Assembly: GCA_040437565.1 (NCBI GenBank)
Contig: JBDOQK010000070.1
Location: 62,001-126,000, forward strand
Source of the DNA: Albugo candida
Taxonomy: Eukaryota
Direction of reading: 5' to 3'
DNA length: 64,000 bases
Part shown: piece by piece, positions 33,623 through 47,189 of the stretch
Numbering within the stretch: the first letter of the stretch is position 1
Layout of the letters: each line of letters begins with the position of its first letter
Position numbers and translations under genes: made by a program
Notes under the pieces: model-generated
The model's database searches: none
What the model saw: the letters and a program-made list of their open reading frames with translations, nothing else
What the model was told of the DNA's origin: nothing

Positions 33623-34153
33623 TTAATCTTTTCTGAACGGACAAAAAGACAGCAGATAAAGGGCAACATTCATTCTGTATTGCCCTATAAAATGAGATTG
33701 AGCGACAATTTTGAATCTGTACGACATATGTGGGAAATAATTGCGCAGAAGAAATTCCGATAGTTCTTTTTCACGCCAAGGTAGATTATTGAGTTTGAGA
33801 ACCTTTGCGATAACACCACGAACAAATGTGAAGTTTTTCTGCGATCCAGGTATTCCCAGCGCAACGAGGATTTCATTGAGAAAGGATACTAATGAATTGA
33901 CACAATATTTTCCTTGCTCAGGATCATTTGCATATTCATTGCAGTATGGTACAAGCTGTCCAATCGAATGTTTTTCCCCATTAGAATATTTTATCTTTGG
34001 ACAATCCACATTTTCCGGGCCTGATAGAAGCTTTCTTGCATGTTCCGGCCGATTTGATCGAATTGCTGACGAAGGATGATTAGTCCACTTCTGCGCATCG
34101 ACAATGCAAGCATTGAGGAGGAGTACGACGATGGAAGATTTCAGGTTGTGCAT
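33623..34153 (-). CDS. Orphan secreted protein, candidate effector (176 aa)
   Basis: Intact ORF in a gene-sparse region; signal peptide MHNLKSSIVVLLLNACIVDA; four Cys in the mature part. Confidence 0.65.
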   Translation of the reverse strand: MHNLKSSIVVLLLNACIVDAQKWTNHPSSAIRSNRPEHARKLLSGPENVDCPKIKYSNGEKHSIGQLVPYCNEYANDPEQGKYCVNSLVSFLNEILVALGIPGSQKNFTFVRGVIAKVLKLNNLPWREKELSEFLLRNYFPHMSYRFKIVAQSHFIGQYRMNVALYLLSFCPFRKD

Positions 34154-34590
34154 ATGCGATGCAGGTGGGGAATTGAATAGTGATATGAGGATGCAATGTA
34201 CTAGAATGCATTCTCACTACACTACTCTGGTAGAAGCGGGCATGCATAAACTAAATGCAAAGCAAACGATACACAAGTAACGACGTCTTGCGCCTGCTCC
34301 TATTCCTGGCTAGAAAGCGTCGGCGCTTCGACCATATGCAGTAAATCGAAAGCATGTGTTTTTGTCTGAAATATATGATCACAATTCGAGTAATATAACG
34401 ACTTGGAGCATACTCAAAGTCATCGGAACCTACTCATCATTGACATGGACCTATTGTTGAGCTTACTTTTTCGTCATTGTACCATTCACGACCTATTATG
34501 ACTCTAATTGGTGTTTGCTACTGATATCTAAACTCATTGGTAGTTGCCCTTCTTTGTCTTCTCGAAGTCTGTGTGCCAGCGCGACAATAT

Positions 34591-36982
34591 ATTACGGTAA
34601 TATATTACTGACTATTTCCCGCATCTCAACCGTTCCACAGAAAAAAGCCGTCCTTATCAATTGCTACGGCCGATTGACTTGACCATTGCATGCTCGGCAG
34701 TGTACAAGCCGATTCCGGAATTTTGTAGCGAAATGACTAAATTTTAATTATGGGATGGAAGGCGTTACTCTTCCTTGCATTATCCTTATTGATACGTTTA
34801 CTTGTGACAATACAGTAGAATACCGAGAAGGCAATGCTCTTCATACCGATGTGCGTTTTCTATCACAGACTTTTCACGCGATAGATCGAGGCCATGTATC
34901 ATTACAGACTTGTTGAACTTCTACCGTTCCAAATAGAATTGAAAAGGAAGCGTTACACTGACTGGGTGGTCTGTTCTTCTCCCAGCCCTACTTTGAGTGT
35001 GATGTGTACGACCTCACAGATTTGTACAGCAGCAAGCCAATTTAGAAGGTACAGTATCAGCCTTTTTCCGCTGGCAATATTTTAACGTACTTCTAGTTGG
35101 TGCTCTCCTAAAAGTATCGCCTTTGAGTGGCTATGTCTTTTTAATGCCTTTCGTTTAAGAAGGTATGTTAAATCTTACAGTTTCGTAATCGGTTGACTAA
35201 GTATTGACAATTCTTCTACATCCGACCTAATACCCATTTTGTTGTTTAAACACAACACTGCTTACTTCCGCCTGACCTGATCAGAGATTCGACCTAAGTA
35301 CTTGCCAGCCGGGATTCCAATAAGAGATAGCAAAGACTGGCGAGTTCTGATTTGACTTGTTTGCATGTAAATAAGAAAAGATAGTTGTATGCTTGGCTCT
35401 GATCCGATATTCATCGATATTTGCAATTGCGCTGTGATTATCCACGAAAATCTATATGGCTTTCCCTGAAGGGCTTCTTTTCTTATAGTAATTGTACGAT
35501 ACATATCATTTCCTGAGCACTAACATGCATTCCATGTGTTTTGCTTCGCTGAGCTAATTGTAATATTCCTATATGCTGTCACTTATGGACAACCAGAGTA
35601 TCATTTGCATGGTCATGAACTCTGGCGTTGACCGTCGATCATCTGATAACTCACAAATTCTTGGCTTTGATAACCACGTTTGCATCCTACTGTTGACTGA
35701 CAAGCCAATTGACGAAATGGTCTCACAATATCTATANNNNNNNNNNNNNNNNNNNNNNNNNNNNNNNNNNNNNNNNNNNNNNNNNNNNNNNNNNNNNNNN
35801 NNNNNNNNNNNNNNNNNNNNNNNNNNNNNNNNNNNNATTACGGTAATATATTACTGACTATTTCCCGCATCTCAACCGTTCCACAGAAAAAAGCCGTCCT
35901 TATCAATTGCTACGGCCGATTGACTTGACCGTTGGATGCTCGGCAGTGTACAAGCCGATTCCGGAATTTTTAGCGAAATGACTAAATTTTGGTCATGGGA
36001 TGGAAGGCGTTGATCTTCCTTGCATTATCCTTATTGATACGTTTACTTGGGACAATACAGTAGAATACCGAGAAGGCAATGCTCTTCATACCGATGTGCG
36101 TTTTCTATCACAGACTTTTCACGCGATAGATCGAGGTCATGTATCATTACTTCCTTGTTGAACTTCTACCGTTCCAAGAAGAATTGAAAGGAAGCGTTAC
36201 ACTTGACTGGGTGGTCTGTTCTTCTCCCAACCCCACTTTGAGTGTGATGCATACAACCTCACAGATTTGTACAGCAAGCCAATTTAGAAGGTACAGTATC
36301 AGCCTTTTTCCGCTTGCAATATTTTAACGTAGTTCTAGTTGGTGCCCTCCGAGTAGTATCGCCTTTGAGTGACTATGTCCTTCTAATGCCTTTCGTTTAA
36401 GAAGGTATCTTAAATCTTACAGTTTCGTAATCGGTTGACTAACTAAGTATTGACAATTCTTCTACATCCGACCTTAGTACCCATTTTGTTGTTTGATAAA
36501 CAACACTGCTTACTTCCGCCTGACCTGATCAGAGATTCGACCTAGTAGTTGCCAGCCGGGATTCCAATAAGGAATAGCAAAGACTGGTGAGTTCTGATTT
36601 GACTTGTTTGCATGTAAATAATAAAAGATAGTTATATGCTTGGCTCTGATCTGATATTCATAGATATTTGCAATTGCGCTGTGATTATCCACGAAAATCT
36701 ATATGGCTTACCCTGAAGGACTTCTTTTCTTATAGTAGTTGTACGATACATATCATTTCCTGAGCACTAATATGCATTCCATGTGTTTTGCTTCGCTGAG
36801 CTAATTGTAACATTCTTATATGCTGTTACTTATGGACAACCAGAGTGTCATTTGCATGGTCATGAACTCTGGCGTTGACCGTCGATCATCTGATTACTCA
36901 CAAATTCTTGGCTTTGATAACCACGTTTGCATCCTACTGTTGACTGACAAGCCGAGTGACGAAATGGTCTCACAATATCTAT
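34591..36982. repeat. Diverged direct duplication of about 1.15 kb across a gap (34591-35736 vs 35837-36982)
   Basis: The two copies are collinear but differ by scattered substitutions and small indels (for example gtcatgggatgg vs attatgggatgg, and gactaactaag vs gactaag). Confidence 0.9.
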
Positions 36983-39900
36983 GAACTTAAATCATACATT
37001 CTCCTCTTCCTGGCTCAGAGTTACAGAAGTAGACTTAGTTTACATGCAGGAATGCTACATTTTGTCAGGTTTCGTGATCATTGCAAGCTGAGAAAGATCT
37101 AGCTGATGTACAACTTAAGTCGCTATATATTCATCTCAGCGTGCTATAAACGTGAGGAAGCTTCATAGATCGGCCACGGAGCTGATCTATTTGTGAGAAA
37201 GAATTATGATGCCTTCACTGTTGTACGATAATACATTCTCAAACTTCATCACGAATAGTTTCTTCATAGTAAAAACTATCTCGATTTGTGTCCTGACACC
37301 CGTACCTTTGGTTCATTTTATTGAATTCAAAAGTCCATTAACATACATCGCAATGTACGTAGAGGCGAACAAGGATGAAAGAATTCGATAGCCATTACTC
37401 GAGCTCCTGCTAAGATTTTCTGCGGCTCGCATGCTCGATCGGTTTAGCTTCGAATCATGGTAGATGTCACGCATATACATCTTATAAGTGCACATTAGGA
37501 AATGCTGTACACAATCATATTGGTAAAACCGTGGGTGACTTGCACGCAAACTGAGTATTAGTAAAATTGAACCTTTGCTTGTTGCTGGTGTCGTTTGTTG
37601 TATAATTAATTAGTTCTGTTGTCGAACGTTTTGAGTACTCACTCGCGCTATCTCGTTTTATTTTAACAACCCATTCGAACGGATAACTATCACGCATGCC
37701 CAACCGACTAGTTTCCAGGTCTTCTTGCCATCCCATTATCTAAATTCTTTCACGGTCGCATATTTCACCGTACAGCTTCATCGTCGAAACACTCAAAACA
37801 TCACGTTCAGTAATTTAGGCGCAAGCCGTAACCTCTTTGATTTCTACTCGCTTTTTCACGATCGATGGGACATGTAGTCAAAGTCGTGACAAGGGCGTGC
37901 CTACAGTCACCAGTTGGCAAGCTCCGTCGGTAGCGATTTGAGAGCCATCAGTTTGCGATCTCTACTCCAGGATCATTTCCTTCTCCAATTTGTTATCGTA
38001 ACATCACTAAACACCTTGTGTCCATGATCATGACGGTCTTCTTATATGTAGAAGGAACATTCTCGCTGTCAAGCTGGGCTGCAATCAAGGGCTCCGAACC
38101 ATGTGGTACTATTTGATCGACACTCATCGGTTCTGCACCTTGTTGTAACTTGACAACCTTCAGAAATTCAGAAGGTCAAATTCGTTTTAGGAAGCGCCAT
38201 TTACGTCCAAGCAATCCAAGCAACGCCATGTACGATAATCTTTCAAATCGTCTGAATTTCTTATATTATGACATCCTGTGCTGTCTCATTCAGCTGTTTG
38301 CGTCTTCGTTTGTCCATTTGACTAGAAGCATTGCAATAATAAATCTGTGCTCGACGCACATTTGAAGAATGAACATGAAAATCACGGTAGAAGCTAATGG
38401 TGCTTCCACATGCATGTCAAATCAAACCGCTAAACATCAACTACCATCCTAATGAAGGGAATAATAAACAGCAAATGAAGAAAAATACAAAGAGTAATGA
38501 ACACTGCTAATTTTGCACCTTCGCACCGTCGTAAGATAAGTCAAAGACACACATAAGTTTTCGGTGCTGATGAGTTAGGAGTCGCTTAATGAAGAGCTAA
38601 ATTGGTTGCACCTGCAGACCAAAGCACGTCATACTTAACATGCATGATTTGATGCGACGGCGAGTCGATCTATATTACGATTGTACGCCTTGACGAATGT
38701 AAAGAAGGTACTTCGAGGCCAGGAAGTGCGGGGCTTTTGGTTGTCATCCAGTCGAGAAATGAAACGCTTTCACGGATTTATCACTCAGACTTTTGACTTC
38801 AAAGTCACTTATATCAATCGCTAAATGTTTCCAGGCATTATCCCTCCTGGAGGTCTTCCTAAGATCAGAAATACATCATACCAAGCTTTCTCATTATCCA
38901 AAGTTCCTACTTTGAAAACGTTTGGGCCATTTCGCATAAACCCGTAGATCCAGCACAACATGTCGCTTGGCAACAAGTATTTTGTCTGTCTCTCCGCAAA
39001 TCTATCCGAATAAAAGCAAATTCATCTCTCCTCGATATCGCATTCTTTCAATGAAAGTCGAATAATTCTACTGATTAGCCTGAGAAGAACTTAGTGAGTA
39101 AACCAAAGAACGGAGATGTCTCGTTTTGCAAATACGCTTAGCGGAAACAGCTCTATATTTTCGCTGTGGATCAAATGTACGCAAGCGAGCTCCGAGGGAA
39201 ATTGGACGACTGGATGGCTGATTAATGAGCAAGGATGAACATATATTATATATGATAGAATGCGTTTTGTGCATTCAAATCGAAGAAAGTGTTGTGAAAA
39301 AGGTGAACGGGGTCTCACTTAACGTTTTCGTCTCTTTTTTTCGACGGATGGCTTCAGAAATCAATCGTAGCTGCGCGATTGCGATGAAAGAAGGCGTGCG
39401 AACTTGACTTCCGCGATGACGTTGCCACATCATTTTTCATTTCGGATAAGATTGGTGTAGGTGCCCAAGTAGTATGTGTCTAGAATGTTCAGCTTGAGAA
39501 TTTTATTCTACACATNNNNNNNNNNNNNNNNNNNNNNNNNNNNNNNNNNNNNNNNNNNNNNNNNNNNNNNNNNNNNNNNNNNNNNNNNNNNNNNNNNNNN
39601 NNNNNNNNNNNNNNNTCTAAGACGTCCTTCACGTACTTGATACTAGATCGAGACTGGCGCACTTGCTCAGTATTTTCACGGCAATGCATAGAAACGAAGC
39701 TATCATGTCATTTGATTTGGTTCTACTAGTGATGGTGACAAGCAGTATGTCTAGTTATACAAGTCACCTTCTCGTCATGAAGTGACCTGACTGAACAAGC
39801 TTTTCGATCAGCGTTATTCAAATGAATCATTCCAGATCTGTTGAGAAATAGGCATTTTCTACAGCATCTTGTAGCTGTTTTGTGACGGTGAGAGGCCTTG

Positions 39901-42900
39901 AGACAGCATATGCTACACGATTAACCGTGACGAGAACAGATGGGTGTCATTGACCGTCACGTTGAGATGCTTGGTAATTGAAAGGAGTACGGTCACGGAG
40001 TAGGATCTTCCCGTGCAAAGACGCTTGATGGCAACCGAAATAAAAGCTAAAAGAAGGAAAATCTGGCACCATGACGTGAAGAGATCGTCGAGGCTACACA
40101 GGAGGTGTCGCAAAGATTACTAGGTGGGTTACGGCAAAAGGCGATCATCCAAAGCGTCGGAAGCAACGCACTCCGCGAATAAGCCTTGCATGCAGGGGTA
40201 AAGTAAATATTACTCAGATATGTCAAGAATGAGTTAATTGTGTTTGTAGAAGGTTCATTCCGTATNNNNNNNNNNNNNNNNNNNNNNNNNNNNNNNNNNN
40301 NNNNNNNNNNNNNNNNNNNNNNNNNNNNNNNNNNNNNNNNNNNNNNNNNNNNNNNNNNNNNNNNNCAAATCACATCAAAGAGGCGGTACTCCAGATTCTG
40401 ATAATTTCCCTGGCATTGGCCCTCATTAATTCAGCAAAAATAGCAGCTGAACTTTTGTGTGGCATTGGACGCGTTTGAAGATGGAAATCGAAGAGCCTTC
40501 CACAGCATTGATGTCGTTGCTATACAGGAGGTGTCGCAAAGATTACTAGGTGGGTTACGGCACAAGGCGATCATCTAAAGCATCGGAAGAAACGCACTCC
40601 ACGAATAAGCCTGACATGCAGGGGTAAAGTAATACCACTCAGATATGTCAAGAATGAGTTAATTGTGTTTGTAGAAGGTTCATTCCGTATACTAGGGCAA
40701 GTGACTAGGACATGAGGACATCGATAAGGTTATCACCACCGTTTATGCTTCGCTGGGACTCTTCTCAACTGATCCAGGAAAATGTAAGTATAGGATTGTA
40801 TCGTTGAGGGAGGCATTTGTGCACGATATCGTAAAATAAAAGAACGTTCCTGCACACAAGCTGGAAGTAGTTGAGTTATACTCAATATAATCGCTTCGCT
40901 ATAGACCCATCCTTTTTTGTACCAAATGCACGCATGTAATAGGGACTGGTGTCGATTAGTGCATCATCTTTTGAAAGCACGCTAGGTTTTTCTACAAAGA
41001 AGTGATTTTGCAAAGTATATTACCAATCTTTACTGTCGTACCCACGAGCAACCCCCTTTTTATCCACTTTTCCCTCATACAATATCGGCACCTGCATCAT
41101 TTCACACCGTACTGCCTCTTCTGTCGCCTGCTGGACTTCATCATCAAACTCTGTCAGAATTGGTACCGAGACGGCGAGAGACCGGGCAACATCCCACTCG
41201 ATCAGATACCATCTTCCAGCAACATCGTGCACCAAACCATACATACGTTCCTTTTTCTTGCTAATGAGACTTCTTCATTCATTAATAACGTGTCGTACAC
41301 ATCTTCAATAGACCGCTACATAATCTACTAGAACAACATTCTGGGAGGCCATAAGCCAGGGATAATTATATAGTATAGAATAGGATAGAACGTAACAACA
41401 GGGAGTTGCAAGAACGATACTGATGCAAACAATACGGATTATCCAGAATGCTCGAGTCGATTACAGCATTTAAAGAGCGCCACGTACAAAGATAGCGAGA
41501 AGATCATCTTGTAGAACCTCGGCTTTATAACATTTTGTCCATATACATGAATTAACGCATAGTGTCACAAGTATAAATACTACAGCCGCAGGATGAAGGC
41601 TATGAGAATAATGCGTAGAGTCAAAATTATATTCAGCAGAGGAGGCAGTACCTTCACATCACTAGTTTGGGTGCTGATCGCTAGTTCTCACTGTATACCC
41701 CCTCACCAAGTTGGTCATTGAACATGCTTTGTAGACACACGTAGAGTTTGCAACACTTTCGAGTAACGTATTTTGTGGTGTTCCGCATTGGCATAAAATG
41801 CTTTTATGTTGATGCATCTGTCTGCTGTGGAATTGGCTGAATAATATAGATTCGAAGGTTTGCACACGTGNNNNNNNNNNNNNNNNNNNNNNNNNNNNNN
41901 NNNNNNNNNNNNNNNNNNNNNNNNNNNNNNNNNNNNNNNNNNNNNNNNNNNNNNNNNNNNNNNNNNNNNNTAACGTATTTTGTGGTGTTCCGCATTGGCA
42001 TAAAATGCTTTTATGTTGATGCATCTGTCTGCTGTGGAATTGGCTGAATAATATAGATTCGAAGGTTTGCACACGTGTTGGGTAAAATACTTGCACGTGA
42101 CGCCCCTGTGATATTCATCGTTTAGTCTAGTCGGGTTTTTCTGCAATCTACCTTTTAACTTCGTCTTTCTCGGTGATTGTCTACCTTTGCGACAGGTAGC
42201 ATTACGAGTACATTATAAATTACTCAGGATGGACCGCAATGATGATTTATACTACGCAGAGCCCATCCGAGCGCTCGCTGACATCTTAATTGAAATCTTC
42301 TAAACCCAGTGTCAATTTACCATCTAGGCATTGTACCGTGCAGAACATCAATAAGCTACAACATTTGCTTACAAAGTCTGATTCTGTGCCTCCGTAGAAG
42401 GTATTGTGGGCTTCGATGACCTTAGCTAATGGCCTTCCCTATTCCATTCACGCCTTTTGAGCAATACTATGATTCCGATCATCAACGGCGCTATTATCGA
42501 AAAGCTCTCCTCCCAAGATCTCAGGCAATTAAAAAAGTTTCTTAACATCTTGTATACAATAAGCTCACTGTAAAATATCGTGTTGTAAAACAGATTACGA
42601 CCCTTCTGGGCCCCTGATCACACAAAGCTTGCATTCCGCGGCGTGATATACTATGCACCATATCGGCTTCGAAAGTGATTCTCACAATCTCTTTGTCACT
42701 AATCAGTTACGAGATACGTCAATGATAAGTCAGAGACAAATTTTTGAACAGACTAACCATATAAGCGAGACTCCAGCAATTTTTTTAAGACACAACCTGC
42801 CACATCTCGTCCGACCAACTGGCCATACATACCCTTGACAAAGTATAAAGTGATTCTATACAATACATTCTTACGCTCTTAATGAAAGTCATCGTATTGT

Positions 42901-44914
42901 GGATTGGTGAGTTGATTACGATGAACTTTGTTCCAATCTTCTCGGTAAACTTGTCTCGATCGCAGCCCTGGATGTAGCGTGCTGTTTGCACCCAATAATA
43001 TCTATCTAATTCCCTTCTATGCTGCTCAAATTTATCCATTGAATGAATATCTTCAGATTCTCCATTACCGATGCTCAGCGCCAAGCTGTTCAGGCCCAGA
43101 GGTAAATGAACATTGTGGAGATCTTTCAGGAAGAGGAATACATAGCGAGTTCATAAACTATCTTCGAAGTTCCTCAATACAAATTTACAAGCTGTTGCTC
43201 TTAAAGGAAATACTGTGCAGTCATATCAGCCATTTGGACCGAAGGCATCAAGCCAGTCACCATAATGTCGAGGCATTTGCGCTTTGCAGAGATTTAGCTT
43301 GGAGAAGGGAGGGATGCCATTTTCACCGCGTATTTATACATCTAGCACTACAGAAGAACAACGCCCTATTTAGCATATCGATGAGACTTCTGTTTACTTG
43401 ACCAAATTCTAGGCGTTTATCTTGCAGTCTTATCGTCGTTTCAGCTCAAATTCTAATAACAAGAAAATTGTGGATTGGCGTACGCAGAAGACGGCGGATG
43501 TTACTGTTAAAAGTATTCGAAATGCACTTGTTGCAATAGAGGTATGTTAACACTACAACAGGCACGTGCAACGGCATTACAAACTTTACTATGTCACGTT
43601 TCACATGACGTCCGTCTGGTACCACGTGGTGACCGTATCTCTTGGTCCCATCTGTCACGTTGTCACCAAACNNNNNNNNNNNNNNNNNNNNNNNNNNNNN
43701 NNNNNNNNNNNNNNNNNNNNNNNNNNNNNNNNNNNNNNNNNNNNNNNNNNNNNNNNNNNNNNNNNNNNNNNTGACGTCCGTCTGGTACCACGTGGTGACC
43801 GTATCTCTTGGTCCCATCTGTCACGTTGTCACCAAACAGCCGTTCATGTGAGGTAGGACTTTGCATGTGATGGGTGTTGCAGTTGACGCGCAAACCCTTG
43901 AGGAACTGTCAGGAAACGATCTCTTTTAACAGTGACAGCCGCAAAAATCACTTCCGAAGTTCCATCCTCCGTTCGGCGTTACCTAATTGGAGGATGTCTC
44001 AGCCATATACCGGCACGTCCTCGATCATTTTGCCTTTGATAGATTCTCGCTGGCTCGACTTACATTCTGATCAGCTTGATGATGTCGTCATTTGGCCAGG
44101 GTGAGAGCCAGGGCCATGCATCGTAGTCAATACTTTATTACAAGTCTATGATCTGGTGGCGACCTACTCACCAGCACAACACATCAGGAGTTATTGCCAT
44201 ATGTTGTAACCTGGAATTGAAGAAGACGAATAGAGGCAGTGGATCCCACACGAGTCCGTTGCATTCTTGAAGCCAGTCAAATCATGAAAGCAATAGTTTT
44301 TCCTGACAAGGCATTATAACAGAGATGAAGTTAAGTGCTGCTTGTGAACAACACCACCGTTTCAGAGAAAAATTATCTGTGACAGCCCGGCAAAAATTTG
44401 ACTTCTATAAAATGCAACTAATTTTGGAAGCTAATGAACTCTTGCTCTTACTGTGTTCGAGAAACAACTTTATTCATTTTTCGGTAGTATACATCTTAGT
44501 TGAGATAGAAATTATAAATGTTCTGCTCAAGTATAGCTTATTCATGTAAGCGATTATCCAGCAATTATAAGCATTTTGGCCGAGATGAATATGTCGGCCA
44601 GCTAAAATCTTACATTATCAGTTTGTTCGGTCAGAAATATCTCGGACTGTTCCTAACCAATAATGATGTTGACCTAGTTCAAATCAATCTGGCGTCACAT
44701 TCTTCATTCACTCAAGAAGATCGTAGTGAATTCACGATATTTTGTATTGATCAAAGTGTGTGGTCGATTATTTGACTACCTTCAAGATCAAGAAAACAAC
44801 GTAAAATTTATCAATTATACTATTTATGTTTTTACACATTTGTTACTAATGCACTTAAAAATGTATCTACTAATTGACTACCCTGGATGCCTAGGCTATC
44901 CTAACAACAGATAT

Positions 44915-47146
44915 GGGAACATGAGGATTTTCTACCACTTTTTTCAAGAAACTTGATTTGTATACCAGAATTTTAAAAACAGTAAAAAAATTACCAATTC
45001 GCACAACTCCAATGTTAAACAACAAAAAATATGGTCTGTGTACCTCCATAGTTTGGAAAATATGAAAACTATACCAAAAAGTCTAAAGTCTACACATTCT
45101 TGAGTGCCTCACCGCTGGTACATTCGCATCTGTCGACTATGATGACTGTGGACAATGAAGGCTACGTTAAAGAGATACACGAGTCAAGTGACGACTGATG
45201 TCGAGAGGACCGGACAGACGGGCGGAAATATTTCTACTCACGTGACTACGCCAGTCGCGACGACATATCAAGTGCGGTAATTAAATACAACGAAAAACTC
45301 GGACGGGCGTTTCGCATCATATCGAGTGACCACAGACGCTACAAAGCGTTGTGTTTCGATCCAGAGTGCAGCTTCGCAGTCGCTTTTCCGTATGGAAGGC
45401 GATTTGAGTCGCCTCATACGTTTCTACCGCATACATGCGAGGCTACGAGGGTTGACTTGGCTTCGTACAAAGCGAGTGGTGGGACAAGACTTCATACGTC
45501 ACTTTGATTGATCCATCCCTTCAGTTCTTTGTTGATAACGGTCGTGAATCCAGTCCAGAGGAGCGGCAGAAGAAGCTAACGGCTGATGAGCGTCGATTGA
45601 CGTACCAGACTTTTTGTGGCGACGCGCCCATCCGGCTCAAAGCGAGACTCTTCGATGAAGATCGCACGAAGGATCAGTTCATCTTGCCACAAGTACACGA
45701 AATGAACAAGCGCGGACACAAGGACAATGTCGCGTTGCCTGTGAACAAAACTTTTCGGGTCATCATCGTATACAAGCCCGATACTCATGTGCTTCGCGCA
45801 TTTGCAGATCGCGGTATCAATCTGGATGGCACGTTTATAAAGCACAAGTATGGCGTACTCTTTCTTGTCGCTTGCCTCAGAAGCAGCAACAATGAGATTC
45901 AAATTGCCGTGGTCGCTCGGATGTCAGGTGAGATTAAGATAATTGGTCATAATTCCTGCAATCACTGCTACGCTTTATAAAATTGCCACCATTCTTCATC
46001 TCCATCCGTGATAAGGGTCTCGTTCCGGCGATCCGAGTTAAAGCAAGTGAAATCTCTCGCTTCGTTTGTGTTTGTCACATGCTCGCGAACATTAGGGTCA
46101 AGGTTCACGATGCGACACTGAAGGACCAGGAATGGAAGCTGGCCAACTCATTGACGGTTGCGTCTTTCGAAAGTCAAGCCAGTGAGCTGAAGTAAAAAAA
46201 TGCAAAAGCCTGCAATGGCTACTCGATGCAGACAAGCTCAAATGGCTTGCCGCGTATTGTCTACGTCCACCATTTGGGACCATGACGAGCAGCAATGTGG
46301 AGTCTGTTAATAACTTCTTGCTAAAACCTAGAGAGAAGCCACTTCTGGACTGTCTCTTGATGGTGGAAAAGTAAGAAGGGATCAAGTGGGTTAAGTTCGT
46401 TGCCAGATCGGCTTCTTGGGGGGAGCTCACGGCGTTAGGAATTCGAGCGCAAGCGCTTTATCTCTGTTGTTGACAAGATAGAAAATATCCCGAGTTGACT
46501 ATCGTCGTTGGTGGTCAAGCTGAGGAAAGATGGAGAGCTGCGTGTCGAGTATTCTGTCGACCTAGATAATTATGAAAATTTGTGTTCTTGTGGCTACTTT
46601 GGCTACATGAAAAGGCCATGTTCTCATTCCTATGCGGATTTTCGGTCCGTCAACAAGCTCTCGCTACTCAAGCCTTCCTGCGATTTGTCGTGGACCAAAG
46701 AGGTGTACCAGCGTGCTTACGACCCCTTGGTGAATATTATTGCATGCGTGATGACGGATGAATTGACGCGTTTCGAAAAGCTTCGTCCGCTCGCGGTGCC
46801 GAAGAAGCGTGGCCGGACGAAGAAGTCGAAGCAAATCTATCCTCAGATTGCCACAGAAAGCCTTGAAGAAGCGCACCAACAAATGCACTATATGCGGTAA
46901 CTACGACCACAACAAGCACACCTACAAGGGCTAATCTCTCACTTGTGATACCCCGATATATATTGCATATATTAATGCGATCTGGATGGTATATTTTTCA
47001 TATATTTACAATTTCGCCCGTAAGAATTTCATTTTGGTGTAAATTCCATATTGGCAAAATGAACGAAGTGGTATATATTTCAAAGTTTTAAACTTTCGGT
47101 ACACAAATCAGACTATCCAAAAGTTGTAGAAAGTCCCAAGGTCCTC
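44915..47146 (+). mobile_element. Mutator-like DNA transposon (MULE), degenerate, with TIRs and a 9-bp TSD
   Basis: Imperfect ~160-bp TIRs (44915-45076 and 46987-47146) flanked by AACAGATAT/AACATATAT, enclosing a broken transposase. Confidence 0.88.
45140..46933 (+). pseudogene. MULE transposase pseudogene
   Basis: INLDGTFIKHKYG, FISIRDKGL..CVCHMLANI, SSNVESVN, SWIM finger CSCGYFGYMKRPCSH, KKRGR and a terminal CxxC-x3-H knuckle remnant. Multiple frameshifts and stops. Confidence 0.88.
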
Positions 47147-47189
47147 AACATATATATCTAAAAATTCTTCCTGAAAATACCTGTGAGAG

